Source of the DNA: a virus
Taxonomy: Duplodnaviria > Heunggongvirae > Uroviricota > Caudoviricetes
Length of the DNA: 47,814 bases
IMG/VR virus record: IMGVR_UViG_3300029305_003072
Direction: 5' to 3' (one strand)
Shown piece after piece: positions 1 to 12,079 of the stretch (its first letter is position 1; the number at the start of each line of letters is the position of its first letter). The notes beneath the pieces were generated by a model that saw nothing but the letters and a program-made list of their open reading frames with translations, did not search any database and had not been told where the DNA came from. The position numbers were made by a program, and so were the translations under genes.

Positions 1-2
1 GC

Positions 3-3000
3 CCTATCGAATACACTGTAAATACAGAAGAGGATGAACAAGAAAATAAGGAAAACGCTAATAAAACAGCAAGTAGAAATGCAACTTTAACTTCTTATTA
101 TCCAATTCCATACAGTGCTGGTAATTACTATATTGAAGGTGCAACAACTATTGTTTATGATAGTATGGGAAGTAATCCTTCTTATTATAAAGACCCATAT
201 AAGATTTTTACTTGTAATACAAATGAAAACCTTGCAGACAAGAAGATTATTCGTGCAGGTGTGGAATCTGATAAGCCAAAATATGATATCCTGTGGCGAA
301 TTGTTTATTATAAAAAAGATAAAGATGGTAAGGTTGTAAAACTAGATAAAAATATCCATGCTGATTATAATATTTGTCGTAGTTATATGCCCACTTTAAA
401 TGAGAAAAATGGTTTAAATGCATCAAATATGTACATGGGCAATATGGATTGTTGGTGCGCAGTTGAGTGTTGGTTAAAAGACCTTGAAACTGCTACTTAT
501 GATACTAAATATTCTTTAATTTGGGTTCAACCTATTTTTATCTTACAAAATCGCTATCCGTCTCCAATGCTGAACTCTTGGGATGGAAGCTTGACAATTG
601 ACAAAAAAAATGGTACAATATTATCATCATTAGTAGGTGCTGGTCGAAAAACTCGTGATAATACTTTTGAAGGTGTACTCATGGGAGATATCGAAGGCAG
701 TGCCGGAATCGTAAATGCTGGTAATAAATCTGGTTTAGGTATTTATGGTTTTAATGATGGCGCTCAAAGTTTTGGTTTTAATGTCGATGGTACAGGTTTT
801 ATTGGTAAATCTGGTAGAGGTAGAATTTTATTTAATGGTAATGAAGGTATTATTCAAAGCGCTTCTTATACAGCAAATGAAGATAAACCTTATGGTATGA
901 AACTTGACTTTGATGATGGTTGGCTTGAAATGCGAGGCGGCCTAGAGTATGATAATGATGATTGGGCAAATGAGGTTGTCAATCATTATAAGGAAATCCT
1001 TGCCGCAAAAGTATATAAAGTTGATGAAAATACTCAAGCATTAGTAGCAACTACAAAATATATTATTGATAGAGATATAATGGATTTGGATGTTCAAGAA
1101 GCATTGCTTGAAAAGATTAAGTATGATGCTGCTCATCAAGCAAATATGTATATTGAGGGTCGAGCCATTGCCAAAAAAGCTAAAGATAACGGAGAGATAA
1201 CTCAAGAAGAATATCAAAAGTTATTTGATGAGCTTTATGCTAAAGAGCAAGAGAAAAAATACTATGCAATGACTACATTAAAAACTGCTAGTATTGGAAG
1301 AGGTTTCTCTATTAATGACAAAGATTATGAATTAACCATAGAACAATATAATGCTATTTTAAATGAATTAGATGAATATATTTTAGCAGAAACTTATGAT
1401 GGTGAATTAAAAACTGATGCTGAAGGTAGAAAATTTAATTATAAGAGTAGATATGGTACTCTTTCTAAAGCTTTACAAGAGTTTGAGGCTCAAGGTCATA
1501 AAGTTCTTGGAGATTCAGAAGAAGCTAGTGATGTTACTTTAACTGAAGTTGAGGTTACAAATCAAAGTCATATTCGTTTAGATGTTAAATCTCCTTATTT
1601 CTATATTATTAGCGAATAGGGTAAACGTATTTTAAATATTGGTGATGGCACTGGATTTGACTTTGAAGATTATCCATATTTACAATATTCAATTGAAAAG
1701 TTCCAGCGAGATAAAGATGGAACAATTCTTTTAGTTAATTTAACTGATGAAACTGGTTCAACTATTAAAATTGAAGATATAGATGAGGCTAAAGAATTAT
1801 TAAATTCTGAATGTTCAATTTTAAGAAGTGATGCTTATAATCGTTTTTAGATAAAAAAGAGCATTACTCAAAAAGATTATGATAATATTTGTTTAGATAT
1901 TGAGGATTATCGTACTAAGAAATTAGCATATTTAAATACTTGGACAGAAGAAAATGCTGAAACTTTTATTGATAAGACTTATGAAGTTGAATATATTCAA
2001 AAAACTGGTTTTATTGGTACTGGTACACAAAAAACGAATTGGCTTGAACCTTATGGAAGAAACCTTTCTAAAGGTTATTATTTAAAATCTAATGATTTTA
2101 CTTATACTGCTTTTAGTAAAGAGGATGGTATTGCAAGCGGTCAAGGTTCAGGCTTTTTACTTGATTTAACAAATGGACACATTAATGCAGCAAATTTAAG
2201 CATTGCTTCAAAAAATGTATTTATTGATTCTGGTAAAAATGCTGACCCATTTTTTATTATTAAAGATAATGATGGATGTAATTTAATTTATGCTGGACAA
2301 TAGGATTTTTATATTCAATCTCATACATATTCAAGATATGCTCTTGGAGATAGGCTAACTGATGATAATGGTAAACAATATTATTATCCAGGTATGAAAA
2401 TTGATACTGATGGAAATAATTTTTTATTTGATATTAGAGGTAATTATCAATCAATAGTAAATATTAATAAGGATGAATTTTTCCTGCAAACTGATAATTA
2501 TAAAATTCGAGAATATATTACTATAACAAAGTGTTATAATCAAGATTATAGTATGAGTTTTGATATACAGGTCGGTAAAGCTGAAAAAGGACATATTATT
2601 TATACTGCACCAAATTTTAATAAAAAAAGTGAAAATGTTACGACTGAAGAACATACTTCTATTACTTTATATGAAAGTAAAAAAATTGATGGAATAATGT
2701 GGTATAAAATTAACACTGAGCAATGGATACCAGCATTATCTTTTGAATCGATTGAGGTAAATGATGAAGGTATTGGTACTGGTATAACTTATTTAAACCA
2801 AATTATTTATAGCGATTCTGATTATAATTCTATTAAAGTTGGTTTTACCAAAGATTCTCATGTTGCAGGTGTTAATATTTAGGCAACTAGAGCAGTTGAT
2901 GGAGTAGAGTGGTATGCTATTGAAGTACTTGAAGTTGAACATTGGCTACCTGATTATTCTATTAAAACTGGTTCTTATGGTTCTGGTATTAGATTGGATT

Positions 3001-4061
3001 TGTAGGGTGGCTATATTGATGCTTATGATTTTATTATTCGAGGTGAATCTAGCACAGACCCCACTGCAGGTTCTTATTTATTATTAGATAGTTAGACTCC
3101 GCAATTTGTAGTTCATTTAACTACTCCAGACAGTGATGGTATAATTGATTTAGATTTAATTAAAATTTCTCCAGATGAATTTTATTTACATTCTGCAAAT
3201 TGGTTAGAAACTACTACTCAAGTCACCACTTAGCGGACAGCTAAGATGGACGGCGGCTGGAATATTAGAAGCGGTCCTGGTATGGATTATTCTATTATCG
3301 GTTATTCTTCAAGTGGAAAAAGAGTGGTTGTATATGAAAAGCAGGGAGATTGGTACTGTATCGGAGAAGACTAGTGGATTTGGTATGAAGGTTTAACTGA
3401 TTTTCAAGAAGGTGGAACCGCAAATAAAACTTATGGCACTGGCATGGAAATTGATTTAAATGATGGTCGTATTACTGCATACAATGCCAATAATGCGGGT
3501 AAAGAATTATTAATTAATTCATTACATGATACATATCCAATTTAGCTAGGAGAAATTGGAGATTATAATTTCCAAATTGGTTGGGATGGTAGTTTAAAGG
3601 GCGGTAGTATTTATGGTTGGAGTATTGATGCAAGTGGTACTGCTACGTTTAATCGTTTGAATGCTAATGGTGGTGTTTTAAGTTGGATGTCTATCGGCAG
3701 TGCTAATATTTATGATGTTGATATTACTTCTGGCACAATTGCAGGTATGGACTTCACTACTGGAGGCATTACTGCAGGAGATTGGAATTTTAGTTCTAAT
3801 GGATTAAGTCATAATGGAAAAGCAATGGAAAAGAAAACTTATGATTCAGTGCGCTATATGTCTTTATGGACAAAAAAAATACCAGTAAGTGTTAGCGGTA
3901 GTTGCTCAATCGAAATTGATGGAGCTACTTATTATGGCTCATGCTCTGCTAGTGGAAATACTACTGAAGATGTAGGTTATAGAATTGGTTATGTAAAAAT
4001 GATTTATAATGGATATGGAGAAGAAGGTCAAGAGTCTGCAGTTGTATTTACACCAGCATAA
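3..4061 (+). CDS. Large tail-tip/baseplate-associated structural protein with three SH3-like cell-wall-binding modules (5' partial, at least 1352 aa, TAG=Gln)
   Basis: The frame is open from base 3 to TAA at 4059-4061 except for 9 in-frame TAG (1617, 1848, 2301, 2880, 3003, 3093, 3231, 3372, 3543). It joins track ORFs 165-1619, 2394-2882 and 3657-4061. An SH3b-type segment WNIRSGPGMDYSIIG...GDWYCIGED*WIW lies at about 3258-3390. G-rich beta repeats and tail-region context support the structural call. Confidence 0.8.
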
Positions 4062-4070
4062 GGAGGATTT

Positions 4071-4439
4071 ATGACAAATTTAGAAATTTTAAATTTTAAT
4101 GAATTATATAAACAAAATTTTCAAGAATTTGATGAATTATTACCAGCAAAAATTTTGTTTTATATTTATAAAAATTTATCATTAATTGAAATATCATTAC
4201 ATCATATTGAAAATACTAGAAATAGTATTATTCGTAAATATGGTTTAATTGATGAATCAAAAGATACTATTCAAATTCCTCCAGAATTAGTAAATGAAGC
4301 TAATAAGGAATTAGAAGAAGTTTTAAAAATGGAATAGGAAATTAATTTTTTTTTAATTCCTCTTTCATGGTTTGATAATATCAATCTTAATCCAAAGCAT
4401 ATGAAATTATTATGGATTATGATTGATGAAAATAAATAA
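4071..4439 (+). CDS. Hypothetical 122-aa protein, AT-rich paralog of the next gene (possible tail assembly chaperone)
   Basis: RBS AGGAGG. One TAG at 4335, and reading continues to TAA at 4437-4439. It aligns end to end with 4454-4822 (KME*EINF vs NIEQEVDI). Confidence 0.8.
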
Positions 4440-4453
4440 AGGAGAAAAAGGTT

Positions 4454-4822
4454 ATGACTATGACAAACTTTGAAATTTACAATATCGCTAAAGCTATGAG
4501 TGACGCCTTCCAGGATGGCACTCAGTATCTACCCGTTAAAGTAAATTTTTTCATTCAGAAGAATAAAGCTACTTTAATGTCTTTAGCACAAGATATTGAT
4601 AATTCTCGTATTGAGATTGTTAAGAATTATGGTACTATGGATGAAGAATCCAATCAGTTTATTGTACCAGAAGATAAGATTGAAGCTGCTAACGCAGAGT
4701 TGATGGACCTGTTTAATATTGAGCAGGAAGTTGATATTCGTAAGGTAAGCATTGATTCTTTCCCCGAAGATATTAATCTAACCACTGCTCAAATGGAAGC
4801 TTTAATGTTTATGATTGACTAA
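4454..4822 (+). CDS. Hypothetical 122-aa protein (possible tail assembly chaperone), TAG-free paralog
   Basis: Intact ORF with RBS AAGGAG, homologous to 4071-4439. The function is a guess from context. Confidence 0.8.
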   Translation: MTMTNFEIYNIAKAMSDAFQDGTQYLPVKVNFFIQKNKATLMSLAQDIDNSRIEIVKNYGTMDEESNQFIVPEDKIEAANAELMDLFNIEQEVDIRKVSIDSFPEDINLTTAQMEALMFMID

Positions 4823-4828
4823 TAAATA

Positions 4829-4858
4829 TTAGGCCAGGTAAATTCTTACCTGGCCTAA
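4829..4858 (+). other. Perfect 13-bp intergenic stem-loop lacking a U-tract
   Basis: TTAGGCCAGGTAA-attc-TTACCTGGCCTAA between the stop at 4822 and the next RBS. Confidence 0.7.
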
Positions 4859-4883
4859 CTTATTGCAGAGAGAAAGGAGATTA

Positions 4884-7847
4884 ATGATGTCAACTACTAA
4901 GTTATACCCTCCTTATGTGGATGCCGCAGTTCCTGCGCAGTTGGTTCCCGATGAAAGTACATCAGAAACAACTGTAACACTTACTATTCCATTTCAATTA
5001 AATAAGGCAGTAAGTTGGGTAGATTTAAAATCAAAAAATAATATCGCTTTGATTTTGAAAACGGTATCAACAGGAAAAGTTTTATTAGATTGTTATAAAG
5101 GAAACGTTTTAACTCATTATGAACCTACTGGAACACCTGCCGCAGAATTTGAAATTCCTAAAACTACTTTTAATCCTGTTGCAGGATAGTTTTATAAAGC
5201 TCAAATCGCTTTCATAGATTCTGATGATACTATTGGATATTTTTCAGATGTGACTATTGTAAAATTTACTGCAATTCCTGTTATAGGTATTGCCGATTTA
5301 GCAAGTGGAACAAATGCTGCTCAATATGTTTATACAGGTACATTTTCAACTACTGATGTTACTGAAAAAGTATACTCATATGAATTTAATATTTATGATT
5401 GTGAAACTGGTATTTTGCATGACACAAGCGGAGTTATGATTCATAATAGTAGCACAGATGTTGAACGAGGAAAATCTTTTGACACTTGGACATCTTATAA
5501 AACTTTAATTAATGAGCGTCAATATTCTATATGTTATAAAATCACTACTATTAATGGTTTAGTGATGGAAACTCCAGCTTATGGAATAATGGCAGTTGAA
5601 ACTTTAGATTTAGTTTCTAGAAACACAGAATTTATTGCAACATTATATAGTGATGATGCTTATATTCATGTTCATATTATGCCAAAAGATATTGATGCAA
5701 ATATTAAAGCAATTACTGGTAATTTTATTTTAGTTAGAGCATCCAGTGAAGATGGATTTGGTAGCTGGAATGAAATTTATCGTTTCACTTTGATTAATAA
5801 CTATCCTTTAATGACACTGTGGAAAGATTTTACGGTGCAACAAGGATATTCATATAAATATGCTGTACAAGCCTATAATTCTAAAGGTGTTTATTCTAAT
5901 CGATTAGAATGTAAATATTATGCTAGTGAATTTGATGAGCGCAATGATGACATTAACCGTTAGAATTGGAACGCAGAAGCAAAAGACCCTATTGAAAATA
6001 CTAACTTAAATTGGAATTATTTACAAGAAATTGATGGGTCTCCAACTCAAAGCGGATTGCCAGTAGATTTTGAAGATGCTTTTCTTTATGATGGAAAACG
6101 CCAATTGAGAATTAGATATAATCCAAAAATTAGTTCTTTTAAATCAACTGTGCTTGAAACTAAAATGGATACTATTGGAGGTAAATATCCTTTTATTTTC
6201 CGTAACGGAAATGTTGAATATAAAGAATTCCCAATTTCTGGTTTAATTACAATGATTAGCGATGAAAATGCTTTATTTATGGAGTATTCCAAAGAGAATC
6301 CAAAAGCTCGTCAGTACAGTACACATCCGCCATATGGTAATGATAATGCGGATTGGTGGGTCAGCCGAACTGGTATGACGGAGTATGAAGTTCGTAAGAC
6401 CCAAGAAAAAGAGTTAAGTGGTTCTCCCACAGCATTAACCGCTAGCAACTTCCGCAAAGAGCGTGAATTTAAAATGGAAGTGTTGGATTGGTTAACAAAT
6501 GGACAACCAAAGCTATTCCGTTCTCCAAGTGAAGGTAATTTTATTGTTCGTTTAATGAATACATCATTAACTCCAAATGATTAGCTTGGACGATTATTAC
6601 ATACTTTCCAATGTACTGCATATGAAATTGCGGAATGTAATTATGAAAATTTGGAAAAATATAAATTTATTCATGCTCTCGATACTAGTTATTAGGAATT
6701 GAAATTTAAAATGCTTGATTGCAATAATACTTTTGCTGACATTCATAATAGACAAATTATTATTGAGGGTGGTGCTTATTACTTTGCAGTAATAGACCAA
6801 TGGAGTTATTTGGCATTGAGAATTACTTATGTAAATGGTACATCACAAGTTATTGATGTTGGTAACTCTACTGGACAATATTTGTTTGACAGAGAAGCAT
6901 TAAAAAATAACCCAATTGTTTCAGTAACTTATCAAGAAGGTGCGCCAGATGTTGGTAGTAAAATTCTTTATGGATATTATGATACATCAGATATTGCTTT
7001 CTCTTTGATTGCAAGTGTTACAAGAGAAACAGTAGTAGACCAAATTATCGGTCATCCGCAAACTTCTTACCGTATAGATAGTTTTAAAATTAATTATGTT
7101 CCAACTATTTTAAATGGCATTGGATATAGAGACTTGGCTACAGATTTACAAAAGGTTTATGGCGAAGATGAAATTCCTCGTTGTACTCTTGGTAAATTTT
7201 ATTACTTAAAAGCTGAACCCAGAGAGATTACTTTCGTTTATAAAAAAGAAAATAAATATTATGAAACTTCAAAATGTGATTATGAGGTTCGTCAATGGGA
7301 TGATACTTATATTTATAAAGTTTTCGAAGAAAGTGATGGCACTTGGGAACCTACGAATCAATATAGTGGACGTCCTTCAAATAATATCTTATTACCAGAG
7401 CCAAGTTATCTCATTAAATTAAATGCAAAACCCAATAATGGTATTGACCCTGCTCAAGAAGAGTTTGTGGATTTAAGTTTAAAGGGCGGTAGCGGAGGTA
7501 ATGCTCCTATTACTACTGGACGATATGAACTTTATTTTGATTTGGATAAAGTAGAAAGTTTATATATTGGCTCAGGAGTTGTATGTGAAATTTGTTATAA
7601 TTTAAATACAATTCATTATGAAGCTGAAGATAATATTCAATATAGTGAATTGGTTGATAGATATAATACTTGGCAAAATCAGCAACGTCAATATAAGAGT
7701 ATGTTAAAAGCTGGATATAGTAGATTTAGTGCTGATGTCGAACGCGCTCGTATGAATATGGAACAAAGTTATCATTAGTATTTAAATCAGTTAGAATATA
7801 TTCTAAATAAGTTGCAAATGGATGGTGAGACTTATTATGCTTTATGA
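4884..7847 (+). CDS. Tail/baseplate structural protein (987 aa, TAG=Gln)
   Basis: RBS AAAGGAG before ATG 4884. There are 5 in-frame TAG (5187, 5961, 6582, 6693, 7776) and it ends at TGA 7845-7847. It joins four track ORFs, is Ig/FN3-like and beta-rich, and overlaps the next gene's start. Confidence 0.75.
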
Positions 7848-10479
7848 TAAAGAATTTTTGAAAGAATTAGACAAAACAAAAAATAAAATTGTCTATGCAA
7901 AAGTTACTGCATTAACAGTAGAGGAGTCCCCCATTGAAAGCATTGAAGGTCGTGTAACCCAGGGCTCCATCAACTTAGATGGAGCTTCTGCGGTTCGTCG
8001 TTCTTGTTCTTTATCAATTGTAGCAGAGAATTTTGATTATTCAGATTATTTATGGGGAATGAATACAAAATTTAAGTTAGAAGTTGGTTTACAAAATGAT
8101 ATAAATGATAATTTTCCCAAGATTATTTGGTTTAACCAGGGAATTTATATCATAACATCTTTTAATACATCTAGAACTACCAATAACTTTACTATTACTA
8201 TTCAAGGAAAAGATAAGATGTGTCTTTTGAATGGAGAAGTAAGTGGTACTATTGGAGTACAAACAGATTTTGGTACAATTGAAGAAGAAGATAATGAAGG
8301 AACTTGGACTATTAGACAAATTCCTATTCCTGAAATTATCCGTAATATGGTTCATGCATATGGCGGAGAGCCTTATCATAATATTATTATTAAAGATTTG
8401 GATACTTTAGGCTTAGAGCTTTTAGAATATCGATATGAAAATATGCCTTTAGTTATGTATCGTAAAGCTGAAAGTAATACATATACAAATATTGCTTTTT
8501 TAGATAGTGATATGTATTTATATGCTAATAAAAATGATGTCGGAAATGTAGATAGACGAGTATATTTAAAAGATATTCCCGATACACATTTTGAACAATT
8601 AATTGATGGTATTCATACAAGTGACCCTATTGTATATTATGATGATGATAAAGTTGGTTATAAATTAACTAAGCTTCAATACGGAGATACCGCAGGTTAT
8701 CGAACAACTGAATTAACATATGCTGGAGACTTGATTGCAAACGTAGGTGAATCAATTACTTCAGTTCTTGATAAAATTAAAAATATGCTTGTTGAATTTG
8801 AATATTTTTATGATGTTGATGGACGTTTTATATTCCAGAAGAAACAATCTTATACTCAGACTCTATGGTCTCCAAGTGGTGATGGAGAAGAGGGAATCAC
8901 AGAAGGTTTGTTATGGAGTGATGCAGCCGCATATACTTTTAGTGGCAGCGAATTAATCACTGGTTTTAATAATAATCCTAATCTTTTGAATTTAAGAAAT
9001 GATTTTTCAATTTGGGGTGAGCGCACAGGCATTAGCGGCGCGCAGATTCCCATTCATTTAAGATATGCCATTGATGAAAAACCAACTGCTTATACAACTA
9101 TTTCTTTAACTGATTTTGATAAGAATGAAGTGGATGAATATAATTTAAAATATGGAACTAATTTAAATAATAATCCTACTTCAATTACTTATTCTATTCA
9201 CCCAAATATAAGTAGAGCTAAGAATTATGTTTATGTAACCGATTGGCGAGAAGTATTGTTCCAAATGGCAAAAGATTATTTTAGATATAATACTTTAAGT
9301 GATTTTGAAATTCGTGTGCGCGAAGCTAATCCAACGCTCTATCCCTCTGGCCGCACAGGCTATGAACAATATTATACTGATATTCAAGTTTGCTGGCGTT
9401 AGCTATATAATCCTGAATTACGAAATAAAATTGCGGATTATACAGAAGAAGTTGCGGCATTAACGAATGAAGTGACTCAATTAGATAAAGAAATTAAAGA
9501 TATTGAGAATAGAATTATTGAGTTGAATAATCAATTAAATACTGCTACAACTCAGAGTTCAATTGATAGTATTGTTTTATCAATTTTATCAGAGCAACAA
9601 TCTCGCACTGATAAAAAAGCATTAAAATCTCAAAAAGAATATCTTATCGAACAAAAATAGGAAAGCTTAGATTCTTATAATGAAGATATTTTAAATTATT
9701 ATCAAGCTCAAGAATTAATAGAATTAGATGTAAATTTATTTACTACTCAATTCCCCTTATCTGACAGTTAGATTACTATTGATATTTTAGATAGATTTAG
9801 AGTTCCAAAAAATTTAATTGATGAACTTTTAGATGAGAAAACCGGTGAACCAATTGCTATTAAAGTTAGTGATATCCTTTACTTTAAAGAAGATGATAGT
9901 TATTTTTCTGTTATTAATAGTTTTGATGATTATGTAATAATTGCATATTATGATAAATCTCGTCTACATTGGCATAAAAATGTTTTTGAGAATCCTGGCA
10001 ATTTAAATTATTGGTTTGACTTTTTAGATACCGCAGGAGAGCTAAGCCAATATAGCGTACGAGCTATTGGAGCACGGACGAAAGCTATTAATGAAAATAC
10101 CGTAAAATCCATTTATTTTAGGGAAACTCCACCAGTTATTTTCGCACCAGATATTACTGATGACGAAAAAATGAGTGGTTATAAATATATTCAAATTCCA
10201 GAATTTGAAATGGATAAAATGTTTAGTATTAGTGCGCAAGGTAAATCCGCAAAAGAGCGCTTAGATGAACTTCTTTACAATCATGGTTATTGTACAGAAA
10301 GTGCAACTATTACAACAATTCCAGTATATTATTTACAACCAAACACTCGTATTAAAGTATCTGATGAAAAAACTAAAATTGATGGAGAATACATTGTAAG
10401 TAAACTTACAATTCCTTTAGCACATAACGGAACTATGTAGTTAACTACAACGAAAGCTGCATAGACACTATTCTTTTAA
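7837..10479 (+). CDS. Putative baseplate hub / tail-associated protein (880 aa, TAG=Gln)
   Basis: ATG 7837 with GGTGAG upstream, 5 TAG (9400, 9658, 9769, 10438, 10462), and TAA at 10477. The architecture resembles hub-type proteins (GSINLDGASAVRRSCSL, YFYDVDGRFIFQ, C-terminal PVYYLQPNTRI...GEYIVSKLTIPL) with a coiled-coil insert at about 9420-9700. Confidence 0.65.
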
Positions 10480-10494
10480 GAGAGGAGAGGTTTG

Positions 10495-10830
10495 ATGAAA
10501 AAGATATATCAATATCGTTATTATGGTAATTCTGATAAGAATTATCCGAAAACTCTAAATGCAGTACAATTAACCAATGGTGAAATTTTTAATCAAACCA
10601 GTAAGGGTTCCATTACTCATTTGGGTTTACAAGCTTCTCCAGGGACTACATTTTTTTTGAATCGTTGTGATAATCCAATTCAAATTGGAAAAACTGGCAT
10701 CTACGAGATAGATGTTACTGGTTATGGTTATATTACAAGCATTATGTTTAGTGATGATACACTAGCATTAGTAAATGAAGATAATGGAATTATTATTGAT
10801 ATTATATATGAAGGAGGTACTATCGAATGA
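10495..10830 (+). CDS. Hypothetical virion-region protein (111 aa)
   Basis: RBS GAGGAGAGG, TAG-free ORF ending in TGA, ATGA overlap with the next gene. Confidence 0.75.
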   Translation: MKKIYQYRYYGNSDKNYPKTLNAVQLTNGEIFNQTSKGSITHLGLQASPGTTFFLNRCDNPIQIGKTGIYEIDVTGYGYITSIMFSDDTLALVNEDNGIIIDIIYEGGTIE

Positions 10831-12014
10831 GCAGCTTTTATGGTTAGATGCGATGGCAAGATTTTCAATAGTTCTTCTTAAATTTCACTCTTGAGAATAA
10901 ACATTTCTCAATTGATAATATTTTTAACACTTCCCCTCCATATGAAAATCAAATGACAATTGATTCGACTATGAAGGCATATATTCAACCCAATGAAGAT
11001 TTTGCCACATTTAGATTTAATGCAGCAAATCATTGGATTAAATTTGCGCCAATTGATTCTTAGGGGGATGAAAAAACAACTTATGTTGGTTTTTCAATTT
11101 TTCATAATAAACCAAGCTTGGAAAACACCTATACTCTCCCAATTTTTGAAATAACAGTTCCACCTCAAGGCGCAACAATTGAAACCCTTGAGAGTGGAGA
11201 ATGCTTTAAGATTGCTTGTCCTGCCTTTGATTAGGCAGGACATTTCGTAGGTGAGGACCATATAGAGCCAACCTATTTTAAAATGCCAGAGCAATTGATT
11301 CAAATTAATCAATCTGGTAATGACTTAGTTCTAACAGCTGAAAAGAAATTCCATTTTGCGAACACAGATGGTTTAATTGAACTATTATTAAATGACGCAA
11401 AAAATAAATTAACTTTTTAGCATAAAACAAACTTCAATGACAACGAAGAGCCTGACTTTACTCCATTTTTATACGAAGGTAGTAAAGATGGTACTCAATA
11501 TGAAGTTGAAATTGTATTGCAACCTGGTGATTTTATTTCAACTTATCATACGGTTTACGATAAAGCGGGTCATTTAACTACATTAGAAAAAATTTATTAT
11601 CAATTACCAATTAGTGAAGTTGATTCTCGTATTGAAGTATTAGAAAATACTGTTGCTGAAATTCAAGGCGACCTTGAAAATATGGCAGGAGATATTGAGA
11701 CTTTAACTGAAGATTTAGAAGATGCTATAAAAGATGTACAAAGAGCAAATGAAATGGTTGGTACTGATGCTGAGTTTGGTAGAGGAGACCAAGCCGCAAA
11801 AGAAGATTCTTTTAATGCTTGGGTTAAGGCTTTTACAGGAACAACTCAAAATTATCAATCTTTATCAGGAGCTCTTTCTGCAGTACTTGAAAAATTATCT
11901 TCTAATAATACTGATTTAGATAATGAAATGCGTAACTTCTATTCTCGTATTATTGCTATTGAAGATTATTTAGATGGTAAGTTTACCGATTATGAGCCTC
12001 CAAAGAGAAGCTAA
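10827..12014 (+). CDS. Fibre-like structural protein with C-terminal coiled coil (395 aa, TAG=Gln)
   Basis: The start overlaps the previous stop (ATGA), with RBS GGAGG. There are 5 TAG (10845, 10869, 11061, 11232, 11418). An internal repeat (LESGECF..AFD*AGHF / LQPGDFI..VYDKAGHL) and a heptad region are visible. The track shows only the 11517-12014 part. Confidence 0.75.
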
Positions 12015-12079
12015 TATGCGTAATTTCTTTCTTTTAAGAAATTAAGATATAATATACTTTTAAGAAAGGAGAGAATATT

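Noticed and set aside
12021-12053. Inverted repeat TAATTTCTT-N6-AAGAAATTA next to TATAAT as an operator/promoter
   Set aside because: It is very AT-rich, has no credible -35 box and no second copy in the window, so it could be chance.
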